A DNA stretch of 44,277 nucleotides from Schizochytrium sp. TIO01 (GCA_004764695.1 SMSO01000016.1:1-44277); one strand, 5' to 3'. Counted from the stretch's first letter, positions 32,147 through 44,277 are shown. The notes: a model not told the origin generated them from the sequence alone. Translations and numbers: made by a program.

Positions 32147-34114
32147 ATGTATTTCTCGATTGTTTTGTTTCCATTTTTGGGATCCGTTTTGGCAGGTATA
32201 GGAGGGCGCCTTTTGGGGCGTAATGGTTCTGTTATCATCAGTACCAGTTCTGTTCTAGTCTCATGTATTTTGTCTTGGTACGTATTTTTTTCATTTCTGT
32301 TTTCTCCTATAAGTATCCATTTTCAACTTTGGCCTTGGATAGAAGTAGGTTCATTTAATGTTCAATGGGGGTTTTTGTTTGATAGTTTGACTGCTACTAT
32401 GTTGATCGTAGTTTGTTCTGTTTCTCTATTGGTTCATATCTATTCTTCTTCATACATAGAAGAAGACCCTCACCTACCCCGTTTTATAAGTTATTTGTCA
32501 TTGTTTACCTTTTTTATGCTAATCTTGGTAACTGCAAACAACTTTATTCAAATATTTGTGGGTTGGGAAGGTGTTGGTTTGTGTAGTTATCTTCTTATTA
32601 ATTTTTGGTTTACTCGAATCCAAGCAAATAAAGCTGCTATTAAAGCTATGTTTATAAATCGTATCGGAGACTATGGTTTGGCTCTCGGAATTTTCGCTAT
32701 CTATTTTTCTGTAGGTTCTATCGATTATGCTACTGTGTTTTCTTGTGTACCTTCATTGGTAGGTACAAAAATTTATCTTTTTTGGTTTTCTATCGATACT
32801 ATCACCGCTATTAGTTTGCTACTTTTTGTAGGAGCTGTTGGTAAATCAGCGCAGCTAGGGTTGCATACTTGGTTGCCTGACGCTATGGAAGGTCCAACTC
32901 CTGTTTCTGCACTAATTCACGCTGCAACTATGGTTACCGCAGGTGTTTTTCTTCTCGCAAGGTGTTCTTCTTTTATTGAATTTTCTCCATTTGCGTTGCA
33001 AGTAATCACCGTTTTTGGTGCTTCTACTGCTTTTTTTGCAGCTACTACTGGATTGTTGCAAAATGATTTGAAAAAAGTTATTGCATATTCTACTTGTTCT
33101 CAGTTGGGTTACATAGTATTTGCTTGTGGCCTTTCTTCTTACCAAGTTGGTGTTTTTCATCTAGCTAACCACGCTTTTTTTAAAGCTTTGTTGTTTTTGT
33201 GTGCTGGTTCAGTTATTCATGCTATAGGAGATGAACAAGATATGCGAAAAATAGGAGGTCTTGCCAAATTGCTGCCCTTTACTTATAGTTCTATAATGAT
33301 TGGTTCTTTGGCTCTTGCTGGTTTTCCTTTTCTTTCAGGATTTTATTCAAAAGATGTTATTCTTGAAAATGCTTATGGTTCATTTTCTTCTACAGGTCAC
33401 TTCGCTTTTATTTTGGGAAGTATGGCTGCTTTTTGTACATCTTTTTATTCTATTCGTTTGTTGTATCTTACCTTTTTGTCTCCTGTAAATGGTTTTCGAA
33501 GGAGGTTTGAAAATGTACATGAGTCTCCATTTCGTATAGCATTTCCTCTTTTTGTTTTGATTTTTGGAAGTGTTTTCTTTGGTTATCTTTTTAAAGATGC
33601 TATTATTGGAGTAGGAAGTTCTTTTTTTAATCATGCTCTATTCGTAGCTCCAAATCATTTGAATGTATTTTTTGGAGAGTTTTTGCCAACTTCAATTAAA
33701 TTGTTTCCTACTATACTAGCGTTTTTGGGTATGATCTCATCATTCATCTTTTATAAGTATAATTCAATTTATTTGTTTAATATAAAACAACATTATATTG
33801 GGCGTTCACTTTATATTTTTTTTAATAAAAAATGGTTTTTTGATAAAGTGTATACCGAAATAGTGGGTCAATCCGGTTTGCGATTCGCTTATGATATTTC
33901 ATACCGTTTGCTAGATCGAGGTATTCTTGAAATCTTGGGACCTTTTGGGCTAAGTCATACCATTAGTTCTATTAATTTTTCTCGTTTTAGTTCAGGTCAT
34001 CTGTTTCATTATATATTTGTAATTTTGTTTTTTATTTGTGCTTATTCATGCTTTCTATTTTTTTCTATTTCTCCTTTGTTCTTTTTTATTTTTCTATGTC
34101 TTGCTATTGTTTAA
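32147..34114 (+). CDS. nad5: NADH dehydrogenase subunit 5
   Basis: GWEGVG, WLPDAMEGPTPVSALIHAATMV, HAFFKALLF. Confidence 0.99.
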   Translation: MYFSIVLFPFLGSVLAGIGGRLLGRNGSVIISTSSVLVSCILSWYVFFSFLFSPISIHFQLWPWIEVGSFNVQWGFLFDSLTATMLIVVCSVSLLVHIYSSSYIEEDPHLPRFISYLSLFTFFMLILVTANNFIQIFVGWEGVGLCSYLLINFWFTRIQANKAAIKAMFINRIGDYGLALGIFAIYFSVGSIDYATVFSCVPSLVGTKIYLFWFSIDTITAISLLLFVGAVGKSAQLGLHTWLPDAMEGPTPVSALIHAATMVTAGVFLLARCSSFIEFSPFALQVITVFGASTAFFAATTGLLQNDLKKVIAYSTCSQLGYIVFACGLSSYQVGVFHLANHAFFKALLFLCAGSVIHAIGDEQDMRKIGGLAKLLPFTYSSIMIGSLALAGFPFLSGFYSKDVILENAYGSFSSTGHFAFILGSMAAFCTSFYSIRLLYLTFLSPVNGFRRRFENVHESPFRIAFPLFVLIFGSVFFGYLFKDAIIGVGSSFFNHALFVAPNHLNVFFGEFLPTSIKLFPTILAFLGMISSFIFYKYNSIYLFNIKQHYIGRSLYIFFNKKWFFDKVYTEIVGQSGLRFAYDISYRLLDRGILEILGPFGLSHTISSINFSRFSSGHLFHYIFVILFFICAYSCFLFFSISPLFFFIFLCLAIV

Positions 34115-34131
34115 TAAAATTAACAAGGATT

Positions 34132-34203
34132 GGGTGCATAGCTCAGTGGTAGAGCAGAGTCCTTTTAAGTCTTTTGTCGGGGGTTCAATTCCCTTTGCAC
34201 CCA
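34132..34203 (+). tRNA. trnK: tRNA-Lys(TTT)
   Basis: gggtgca/tgcaccc, ct-ttt-aa. Confidence 0.93.
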
Positions 34204-34215
34204 AATTTTATTCTA

Positions 34216-34599
34216 ATGCCTCAACTAGATATTACTACTTTTCTTTCTCAAATTTTTTGGCTTCTTCTGTTTTTTTGGTTGTTTTATTTTATTACTTTTC
34301 AAACAGTTGTTCCCCTAATTGTGAATGCTCTTAAAATGAGGGTAAAACGCTTTTCTTCTATTCAACTATCATCTTCAGAACTTCAAAAAGAAGTTAGTTC
34401 CGTTTCAGCTAAATATGATACTTTTTTCAGTGAATCTTGTGGTTCTTGCTACAAACTAGTTCAAAAATCGTATTCTAACGTAGCTTCTTGGGCTTTGAAA
34501 TCTTCAAAACAAGTTTCATCTCAATTTAAATTTACTCCTAATTATTTGAATAATTTGGTAAATTCTTTTATTCAATTGCAATTGATAAAACGAGTTTTA
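34216..34599 (+). CDS. atp8: ATP synthase subunit 8
   Basis: MPQLD N-terminus, QIFW; TTA 34597-34599 removes the overlap with trnY. Confidence 0.93.
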
Positions 34600-34610
34600 T
34601 TGCAATTGTT

Positions 34611-34691
34611 GAGGAAGTGACAGAGTGGTTATTGTGCTTGGCTGTAAACCAAGTTCGTTTCGAGTCGTTGGTTCAAGTCCAACCTTCCTCA
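34611..34691 (+). tRNA. trnY: tRNA-Tyr(GTA)
   Basis: gaggaag/cttcctc, ct-gta-aa, variable arm. Confidence 0.95.
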
Positions 34692-34706
34692 TTATAAAAA
34701 TAGCTT

Positions 34707-34780
34707 GGCCATGAAGCATAATTGGTTTATGCACTAGGTTGCAAACCTGGGGATTATGGGTTCGAGTCCCATGATGGCTT
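34707..34780 (+). tRNA. trnC: tRNA-Cys(GCA)
   Basis: ggccat/atggct, tt-gca-aa. Confidence 0.92.
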
Positions 34781-34828
34781 AAAAGTTATTTTAAAGCTAA
34801 AATAGCTTAAACTTTTTATAAAAGTTTT

Positions 34829-34879
34829 GGGTAGCTTTGGTATAAGTATATAAAATGGGTTCAATTCCCATTCTACCCT
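34829..34879 (+). ncRNA. tRNA-like mini-element, edge copy (variants start at 35060, 35791, 36724, 37556, 38489, 39220, 40355, 41389)
   Basis: gggtag/ctaccc stem, atggg-ttcaatt-cccat T-arm, 19-nt linker. Confidence 0.65.
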
Positions 34880-35253
34880 GAGGCAGGGTAAAAATGCCTC
34901 TTATTTGTTCTATCTTAGTGTGAGAAGCTAACTATTACAGAGAATAAGTGTTTAAATGATAAAATTTAGGTTGCACGAGGTTCTTGAAGTTTTGGAGCTA
35001 GCTCCATGCTTATAGAAGGAGGATTTTCGAACTTTGGCCCCTCCTTTCAATTTTTATGTGGGTAGCTTTGGTATATGTATATAAAACGGGTTCGATTCCT
35101 GTTCTACCCTGAGGCAGGGTAAAAATGCCTCTTATTTGTTCTATCTTAGTGTGAGAAGCTAACTATTACAGAGAATAAGTGTTTAAATGGGGTTAATATC
35201 GATGACGCTAGAGTTAATTTCCATTTTAGACACTGTACCTCCTTTCTAGCTAT

Positions 35254-35301
35254 CCTCTACACCTCCTCTGACGCAGGTTCACGGAGGAGGAGGTGTAGAG
35301 G
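35254..35301. other. GC-rich hairpin with a perfect 15-bp stem, present in each full spacer
   Basis: cctctacacctcctc ... gaggaggtgtagagg, 18-nt loop. Confidence 0.85.
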
Positions 35302-38300
35302 TTGCGCACAGAAAGTAGGGTTTGGAAGTTTGGGGAAGAATATGTAAATAATATACCTATTCAGAGATTAATAATATGTTTAAATGATAAAATTTAGGTT
35401 GCACGAGGTTCTTGAAGTTTTTGGGCTAGCTCCATGCTTATAGAAGGAGGATTTTCGGACTTTGGCCCCTCCTTCCAGTTTTACTGTTACCGGAGGTCCG
35501 TGCACGAGGTTCTTGAAGTTTTTGGGCTAGCTCCATGCTTATAGAAGGAGGATTTTCGGACTTTGGCCCCTCCTTCCAGTTTTACTGTTACCGGAGGTCC
35601 GTGCACGAGGTTCTTGAAGTTTTTGGGCTAGCTCCATGCTTATAGAAGGAGGATTTTCGGACTTTGGCCCCTCCTTCCAGTTTTACTGTTATAGGAGGTC
35701 CGTGCACGAGGTTCTTGAAGTTTTGGAGCTAGCTCCATGCTTATAGAAGGAGGATTTTCGGACTTTGGCCCCTCCTTCCAATTTTTATGTGGGTAGCTTT
35801 GGTATATGTATATAAAACGGGTTCGATTCCTGTTCTACCCTGAGGCAGGGTAAAAATGCCTCTTATTTGTTCTATCTTAGTGTGAGAAGCTAACTATTAC
35901 AGAGAATAAGTGTTTAAATGGGGTTAATATCGATGACGCTAGAGTTAATTTCCATTTTAGACACTGTACCTCCTTTCTAGCTATCCTCTACACCTCCTCT
36001 GACGCAGGTTCACGGAGGAGGAGGTGTAGAGGTTGCGCACAGAAAGTAGGGTTTGGAAGTTTGGGGAAGAATATGTAAATAATATACCTATTCAGAGATT
36101 AATAATATGTTTAAATGATAAAATTTAGGTTGCACGAGGTTCTTGAAGTTTTTGGGCTAGCTCCATGCTTATAGAAGGAGGATTTTCGGACTTTGGCCCC
36201 TCCTTCCAGTTTTACTGTTACCGGAGGTCCGTGCACGAGGTTCTTGAAGTTTTTGGGCTAGCTCCATGCTTATAGAAGGAGGATTTTCGGACTTTGGCCC
36301 CTCCTTCCAGTTTTACTGTTACCGGAGGTCCGTGCACGAGGTTCTTGAAGTTTTTGGGCTAGCTCCATGCTTATAGAAGGAGGATTTTCGGACTTTGGCC
36401 CCTCCTTCCAGTTTTACTGTTACCGGAGGTCCGTGCACGAGGTTCTTGAAGTTTTTGGGCTAGCTCCATGCTTATAGAAGGAGGATTTTCGGACTTTGGC
36501 CCCTCCTTCCAGTTTTACTGTTACCGGAGGTCCGTGCACGAGGTTCTTGAAGTTTTTGGGCTAGCTCCATGCTTATAGAAGGAGGATTTTCGGACTTTGG
36601 CCCCTCCTTCCAGTTTTACTGTTATAGGAGGTCCGTGCACGAGGTTCTTGAAGTTTTGGAGCTAGCTCCATGCTTATAGAAGGAGGATTTTCGGACTTTG
36701 GCCCCTCCTTCCAATTTTTATGTGGGTAGCTTTGGTATATGTATATAAAACGGGTTCGATTCCTGTTCTACCCTGAGGCAGGGTAAAAATGCCTCTTATT
36801 TGTTCTATCTTAGTGTGAGAAGCTAACTATTACAGAGAATAAGTGTTTAAATGGGGTTAATATCGATGACGCTAGAGTTAATTTCCATTTTAGACACTGT
36901 ACCTCCTTTCTAGCTATCCTCTACACCTCCTCTGACGCAGGTTCACGGAGGAGGAGGTGTAGAGGTTGCGCACAGAAAGTAGGGTTTGGAAGTTTGGGGA
37001 AGAATATGTAAATAATATACCTATTCAGAGATTAATAATATGTTTAAATGATAAAATTTAGGTTGCACGAGGTTCTTGAAGTTTTTGGGCTAGCTCCATG
37101 CTTATAAAAGGAGGATTTTCGGACTTTGGCCCCTCCTTCCAGTTTTACTGTTACCGGAGGTCCGTGCACGAGGTTCTTGAAGTTTTTGGGTTAGCTCCAT
37201 GCTTATAGAAGGAGGATTTTCGGACTTTGGCCCCTCCTTCCAGTTTTACTGTTACCGGAGGTCCGTGCACGAGGTTCTTGAAGTTTTTGGGCTAGCTCCA
37301 TGCTTATAGAAGGAGGATTTTCGGACTTTGGCCCCTCCTTCCAGTTTTACTGTTACCGGAGGTCCGTGCACGAGGTTCTTGAAGTTTTTGGGCTAGCTCC
37401 ATGCTTATAGAAGGAGGATTTTCGGACTTTGGCCCCTCCTTCCAGTTTTACTGTTATAGGAGGTCCGTGCACGAGGTTCTTGAAGTTTTGGAGCTAGCTC
37501 CATGCTTATAGAAGGAGGATTTTCGGACTTTGGCCCCTCCTTCCAATTTTTATGTGGGTAGCTTTGGTATATGTATATAAAACGGGTTCGATTCCTGTTC
37601 TACCCTGAGGCAGGGTAAAAATGCCTCTTATTTGTTCTATCTTAGTGTGAGAAGCTAACTATTACAGAGAATAAGTGTTTAAATGGGGTTAATATCGATG
37701 ACGCTAGAGTTAATTTCCATTTTAGACACTGTACCTCCTTTCTAGCTATCCTCTACACCTCCTCTGACGCAGGTTCACGGAGGAGGAGGTGTAGAGGTTG
37801 CGCACAGAAAGTAGGGTTTGGAAGTTTGGGGAAGAATATGTAAATAATATACCTATTCAGAGATTAATAATATGTTTAAATGATAAAATTTAGGTTGCAC
37901 GAGGTTCTTGAAGTTTTTGGGCTAGCTCCATGCTTATAGAAGGAGGATTTTCGGACTTTGGCCCCTCCTTCCAGTTTTACTGTTACCGGAGGTCCGTGCA
38001 CGAGGTTCTTGAAGTTTTTGGGCTAGCTCCATGCTTATAGAAGGAGGATTTTCGGACTTTGGCCCCTCCTTCCAGTTTTACTGTTACCGGAGGTCCGTGC
38101 ACGAGGTTCTTGAAGTTTTTGGGCTAGCTCCATGCTTATAGAAGGAGGATTTTCGGACTTTGGCCCCTCCTTCCAGTTTTACTGTTACCGGAGGTCCGTG
38201 CACGAGGTTCTTGAAGTTTTTGGGCTAGCTCCATGCTTATAGAAGGAGGATTTTCGGACTTTGGCCCCTCCTTCCAGTTTTACTGTTACCGGAGGTCCGT

Positions 38301-41300
38301 GCACGAGGTTCTTGAAGTTTTTGGGCTAGCTCCATGCTTATAGAAGGAGGATTTTCGGACTTTGGCCCCTCCTTCCAGTTTTACTGTTATAGGAGGTCCG
38401 TGCACGAGGTTCTTGAAGTTTTGGAGCTAGCTCCATGCTTATAGAAGGAGGATTTTCGGACTTTGGCCCCTCCTTCCAATTTTTATGTGGGTAGCTTTGG
38501 TATATGTATATAAAACGGGTTCGATTCCTGTTCTACCCTGAGGCAGGGTAAAAATGCCTCTTATTTGTTCTATCTTAGTGTGAGAAGCTAACTATTACAG
38601 AGAATAAGTGTTTAAATGGGGTTAATATCGATGACGCTAGAGTTAATTTCCATTTTAGACACTGTACCTCCTTTCTAGCTATCCTCTACACCTCCTCTGA
38701 CGCAGGTTCACGGAGGAGGAGGTGTAGAGGTTGCGCACAGAAAGTAGGGTTTGGAAGTTTGGGGAAGAATATGTAAATAATATACCTATTCAGAGATTAA
38801 TAATATGTTTAAATGATAAAATTTAGGTTGCACGAGGTTCTTGAAGTTTTTGGGCTAGCTCCATGCTTATAGAAGGAGGATTTTCGGACTTTGGCCCCTC
38901 CTTCCAGTTTTACTGTTACCGGAGGTCCGTGCACGAGGTTCTTGAAGTTTTTGGGCTAGCTCCATGCTTATAGAAGGAGGATTTTCGGACTTTGGCCCCT
39001 CCTTCCAGTTTTACTGTTACCGGAGGTCCGTGCACGAGGTTCTTGAAGTTTTTGGGCTAGCTCCATGCTTATAGAAGGAGGATTTTCGGACTTTGGCCCC
39101 TCCTTCCAGTTTTACTGTTATAGGAGGTCCGTGCACGAGGTTCTTGAAGTTTTGGAGCTAGCTCCATGCTTATAGAAGGAGGATTTTCGGACTTTGGCCC
39201 CTCCTTCCAATTTTTATGTGGGTAGCTTTGGTATATGTATATAAAACGGGTTCGATTCCTGTTCTACCCTGAGGCAGGGTAAAAATGCCTCTTATTTGTT
39301 CTATCTTAGTGTGAGAAGCTAACTATTACAGAGAATAAGTGTTTAAATGGGGTTAATATCGATGACGCTAGAGTTAATTTCCATTTTAGACACTGTACCT
39401 CCTTTCTAGCTATCCTCTACACCTCCTCTGACGCAGGTTCACGGAGGAGGAGGTGTAGAGGTTGCGCACAGAAAGTAGGGTTTGGAAGTTTGGGGAAGAA
39501 TATGTAAATAATATACCTATTCAGAGATTAATAATATGTTTAAATGATAAAATTTAGGTTGCACGAGGTTCTTGAAGTTTTTGGGCTAGCTCCATGCTTA
39601 TAGAAGGAGGATTTTCGGACTTTGGCCCCTCCTTCCAGTTTTACTGTTACCGGAGGTCCGTGCACGAGGTTCTTGAAGTTTTTGGGCTAGCTCCATGCTT
39701 ATAGAAGGAGGATTTTCGGACTTTGGCCCCTCCTTCCAGTTTTACTGTTATAGGAGGTCCGTGCACGAGGTTCTTGAAGTTTTTGGGCTAGCTCCATGCT
39801 TATAGAAGGAGGATTTTCGGACTTTGGCCCCTCCTTCCAGTTTTACTGTTACCGGAGGTCCGTGCACGAGGTTCTTGAAGTTTTTGGGTTAGCTCCATGC
39901 TTATAGAAGGAGGATTTTCGGACTTTGGCCCCTCCTTCCAGTTTTACTGTTACCGGAGGTCCGTGCACGAGGTTCTTGAAGTTTTTGGGCTAGCTCCATG
40001 CTTATAGAAGGAGGATTTTCGGACTTTGGCCCCTCCTTCCAGTTTTACTGTTACCGGAGGTCCGTGCACGAGGTTCTTGAAGTTTTTGGGCTAGCTCCAT
40101 GCTTATAGAAGGAGGATTTTCGGACTTTGGCCCCTCCTTCCAGTTTTACTGTTACCGGAGGTCCGTGCACGAGGTTCTTGAAGTTTTTGGGCTAGCTCCA
40201 TGCTTATAGAAGGAGGATTTTCGGACTTTGGCCCCTCCTTCCAGTTTTACTGTTATAGGAGGTCCGTGCACGAGGTTCTTGAAGTTTTGGAGCTAGCTCC
40301 ATGCTTATAGAAGGAGGATTTTCGGACTTTGGCCCCTCCTTCCAATTTTTATGTGGGTAGCTTTGGTATATGTATATAAAACGGGTTCGATTCCTGTTCT
40401 ACCCTGAGGCAGGGTAAAAATGCCTCTTATTTGTTCTATCTTAGTGTGAGAAGCTAACTATTACAGAGAATAAGTGTTTAAATGGGGTTAATATCGATGA
40501 CGCTAGAGTTAATTTCCATTTTAGACACTGTACCTCCTTTCTAGCTATCCTCTACACCTCCTCTGACGCAGGTTCACGGAGGAGGAGGTGTAGAGGTTGC
40601 GCACAGAAAGTAGGGTTTGGAAGTTTGGGGAAGAATATGTAAATAATATACCTATTCAGAGATTAATAATATGTTTAAATGATAAAATTTAGGTTGCACG
40701 AGGTTCTTGAAGTTTTTGGGCTAGCTCCATGCTTATAGAAGGAGGATTTTCGGACTTTGGCCCCTCCTTCCAGTTTTACTGTTACCGGAGGTCCGTGCAC
40801 GAGGTTCTTGAAGTTTTTGGGCTAGCTCCATGCTTATAGAAGGAGGATTTTCGGACTTTGGCCCCTCCTTCCAGTTTTACTGTTATAGGAGGTCCGTGCA
40901 CGAGGTTCTTGAAGTTTTTGGGCTAGCTCCATGCTTATAGAAGGAGGATTTTCGGACTTTGGCCCCTCCTTCCAGTTTTACTGTTACCGGAGGTCCGTGC
41001 ACGAGGTTCTTGAAGTTTTTGGGTTAGCTCCATGCTTATAGAAGGAGGATTTTCGGACTTTGGCCCCTCCTTCCAGTTTTACTGTTACCGGAGGTCCGTG
41101 CACGAGGTTCTTGAAGTTTTTGGGCTAGCTCCATGCTTATAGAAGGAGGATTTTCGGACTTTGGCCCCTCCTTCCAGTTTTACTGTTACCGGAGGTCCGT
41201 GCACGAGGTTCTTGAAGTTTTTGGGCTAGCTCCATGCTTATAGAAGGAGGATTTTCGGACTTTGGCCCCTCCTTCCAGTTTTACTGTTATAGGAGGTCCG

Positions 41301-41729
41301 TGCACGAGGTTCTTGAAGTTTTGGAGCTAGCTCCATGCTTATAGAAGGAGGATTTTCGGACTTTGGCCCCTCCTTCCAATTTTTATGTGGGTAGCTTTGG
41401 TATATGTATATAAAACGGGTTCGATTCCTGTTCTACCCTGAGGCAGGGTAAAAATGCCTCTTATTTGTTCTATCTTAGTGTGAGAAGCTAACTATTACAG
41501 AGAATAAGTGTTTAAATGGGGTTAATATCGATGACGCTAGAGTTAATTTCCATTTTAGACACTGTACCTCCTTTCTAGCTATCCTCTACACCTCCTCTGA
41601 CGCAGGTTCACGGAGGAGGAGGTGTAGAGGTTGCGCACAGAAAGTAGGGTTTGGAAGTTTGGGGAAGAATATGTAAATAATATACCTATTCAGAGATTAA
41701 TAATATGTTTAAATGATAAAATTTAGGTT

Positions 41730-44277
41730 GCACGAGGTTCTTGAAGTTTTTGGGCTAGCTCCATGCTTATAGAAGGAGGATTTTCGGACTTTGGCCCCTC
41801 CTTCCAGTTTTACTGTTACCGGAGGTCCGTGCACGAGGTTCTTGAAGTTTTTGGGCTAGCTCCATGCTTATAGAAGGAGGATTTTCGGACTTTGGCCCCT
41901 CCTTCCAGTTTTACTGTTACCGGAGGTCCGTGCACGAGGTTCTTGAAGTTTTTGGGCTAGCTCCATGCTTATAGAAGGAGGATTTTCGGACTTTGGCCCC
42001 TCCTTCCAGTTTTACTGTTACCGGAGGTCCGTGCACGAGGTTCTTGAAGTTTTTGGGCTAGCTCCATGCTTATAGAAGGAGGATTTTCGGACTTTGGCCC
42101 CTCCTTCCAGTTTTACTGTTACCGGAGGTCCGTGCACGAGGTTCTTGAAGTTTTTGGGCTAGCTCCATGCTTATAGAAGGAGGATTTTCGGACTTTGGCC
42201 CCTCCTTCCAGTTTTACTGTTACCGGAGGTCCGTGCACGAGGTTCTTGAAGTTTTTGGGCTAGCTCCATGCTTATAGAAGGAGGATTTTCGGACTTTGGC
42301 CCCTCCTTCCAGTTTTACTGTTACCGGAGGTCCGTGCACGAGGTTCTTGAAGTTTTTGGGCTAGCTCCATGCTTATAGAAGGAGGATTTTCGGACTTTGG
42401 CCCCTCCTTCCAGTTTTACTGTTACCGGAGGTCCGTGCACGAGGTTCTTGAAGTTTTTGGGCTAGCTCCATGCTTATAGAAGGAGGATTTTCGGACTTTG
42501 GCCCCTCCTTCCAGTTTTACTGTTACCGGAGGTCCGTGCACGAGGTTCTTGAAGTTTTTGGGCTAGCTCCATGCTTATAGAAGGAGGATTTTCGGACTTT
42601 GGCCCCTCCTTCCAGTTTTACTGTTACCGGAGGTCCGTGCACGAGGTTCTTGAAGTTTTTGGGCTAGCTCCATGCTTATAGAAGGAGGATTTTCGGACTT
42701 TGGCCCCTCCTTCCAGTTTTACTGTTACCGGAGGTCCGTGCACGAGGTTCTTGAAGTTTTTGGGCTAGCTCCATGCTTATAGAAGGAGGATTTTCGGACT
42801 TTGGCCCCTCCTTCCAGTTTTACTGTTACCGGAGGTCCGTGCACGAGGTTCTTGAAGTTTTTGGGCTAGCTCCATGCTTATAGAAGGAGGATTTTCGGAC
42901 TTTGGCCCCTCCTTCCAGTTTTACTGTTACCGGAGGTCCGTGCACGAGGTTCTTGAAGTTTTTGGGCTAGCTCCATGCTTATAGAAGGAGGATTTTCGGA
43001 CTTTGGCCCCTCCTTCCAGTTTTACTGTTACCGGAGGTCCGTGCACGAGGTTCTTGAAGTTTTTGGGCTAGCTCCATGCTTATAGAAGGAGGATTTTCGG
43101 ACTTTGGCCCCTCCTTCCAGTTTTACTGTTACCGGAGGTCCGTGCACGAGGTTCTTGAAGTTTTTGGGCTAGCTCCATGCTTATAGAAGGAGGATTTTCG
43201 GACTTTGGCCCCTCCTTCCAGTTTTACTGTTACCGGAGGTCCGTGCACGAGGTTCTTGAAGTTTTTGGGCTAGCTCCATGCTTATAGAAGGAGGATTTTC
43301 GGACTTTGGCCCCTCCTTCCAGTTTTACTGTTACCGGAGGTCCGTGCACGAGGTTCTTGAAGTTTTTGGGCTAGCTCCATGCTTATAGAAGGAGGATTTT
43401 CGGACTTTGGCCCCTCCTTCCAGTTTTACTGTTACCGGAGGTCCGTGCACGAGGTTCTTGAAGTTTTTGGGCTAGCTCCATGCTTATAGAAGGAGGATTT
43501 TCGGACTTTGGCCCCTCCTTCCAGTTTTACTGTTACCGGAGGTCCGTGCACGAGGTTCTTGAAGTTTTTGGGCTAGCTCCATGCTTATAGAAGGAGGATT
43601 TTCGGACTTTGGCCCCTCCTTCCAGTTTTACTGTTACCGGAGGTCCGTGCACGAGGTTCTTGAAGTTTTTGGGCTAGCTCCATGCTTATAGAAGGAGGAT
43701 TTTCGGACTTTGGCCCCTCCTTCCAGTTTTACTGTTACCGGAGGTCCGTGCACGAGGTTCTTGAAGTTTTTGGGCTAGCTCCATGCTTATAGAAGGAGGA
43801 TTTTCGGACTTTGGCCCCTCCTTCCAGTTTTACTGTTACCGGAGGTCCGTGCACGAGGTTCTTGAAGTTTTTGGGCTAGCTCCATGCTTATAGAAGGAGG
43901 ATTTTCGGACTTTGGCCCCTCCTTCCAGTTTTACTGTTACCGGAGGTCCGTGCACGAGGTTCTTGAAGTTTTTGGGCTAGCTCCATGCTTATAGAAGGAG
44001 GATTTTCGGACTTTGGCCCCTCCTTCCAGTTTTACTGTTACCGGAGGTCCGTGCACGAGGTTCTTGAAGTTTTTGGGCTAGCTCCATGCTTATAGAAGGA
44101 GGATTTTCGGACTTTGGCCCCTCCTTCCAGTTTTACTGTTACCGGAGGTCCGTGCACGAGGTTCTTGAAGTTTTTGGGCTAGCTCCATGCTTATAGAAGG
44201 AGGATTTTCGGACTTTGGCCCCTCCTTCCAGTTTTACTGTTACCGGAGGTCCGTGCACGAGGTTCTTGAAGTTTGTT
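41730..44277 (+). repeat. Uninterrupted array of about 25 copies of the 101-bp monomer, running off the window
   Basis: gcacgaggttcttgaagtttttgggctagctccatgcttatagaaggaggattttcggactttggcccctccttccagttttactgttaccggaggtccgt repeated. Confidence 0.98.

Larger units (their letters stand above)
34829..41729 (+). repeat. Higher-order array: spacer alternating with 1,4,6,5,6,4,8,7 copies of the 101-bp monomer
   Basis: Spacer-to-spacer distances 231,731,933,832,933,731,1135,1034 = 327+101n (first unit lacks 197 bp). Confidence 0.95.

Noticed and set aside
34829-44277. CRISPR-like repeat/spacer array
   Set aside because: The spacers are identical rather than unique, the repeat is 101 bp, and there are no cas genes

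Overview
Near-complete, intron-less mitochondrial genome of a stramenopile, most likely a labyrinthulomycete (thraustochytrid-type). A compact coding block (~5.8-34.8 kb) has every gene on the + strand: 35 protein genes, rnl, rns, 21 tRNAs and a candidate AT-rich 5S rRNA. The code is non-standard: TTA is a stop (15 of 35 genes) and ATA is Met, so the supplied ORF track over-extends or fuses many genes. By manual reading, TAG is never used as a stop and AGA appears absent while AGG is used. No clean tRNA-Arg or tRNA-Thr gene was found. Both window ends carry the same 101-bp satellite in direct orientation. On the right it forms a higher-order array (327 + 101n bp) whose spacer holds a tRNA-like mini-element and a 15-bp-stem hairpin. 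The most unusual signal is a family of 46-51 nt tRNA-like elements (acceptor stem + T-arm only) at tRNA-less gene junctions, at both edges of the unique region and amplified in the satellite, which may act as RNA-processing signals. Positions ~1-3100 and ~4250-5800 look like low-accuracy sequence; the latter may hide the missing nad11 C-terminal half and tRNA-Arg.
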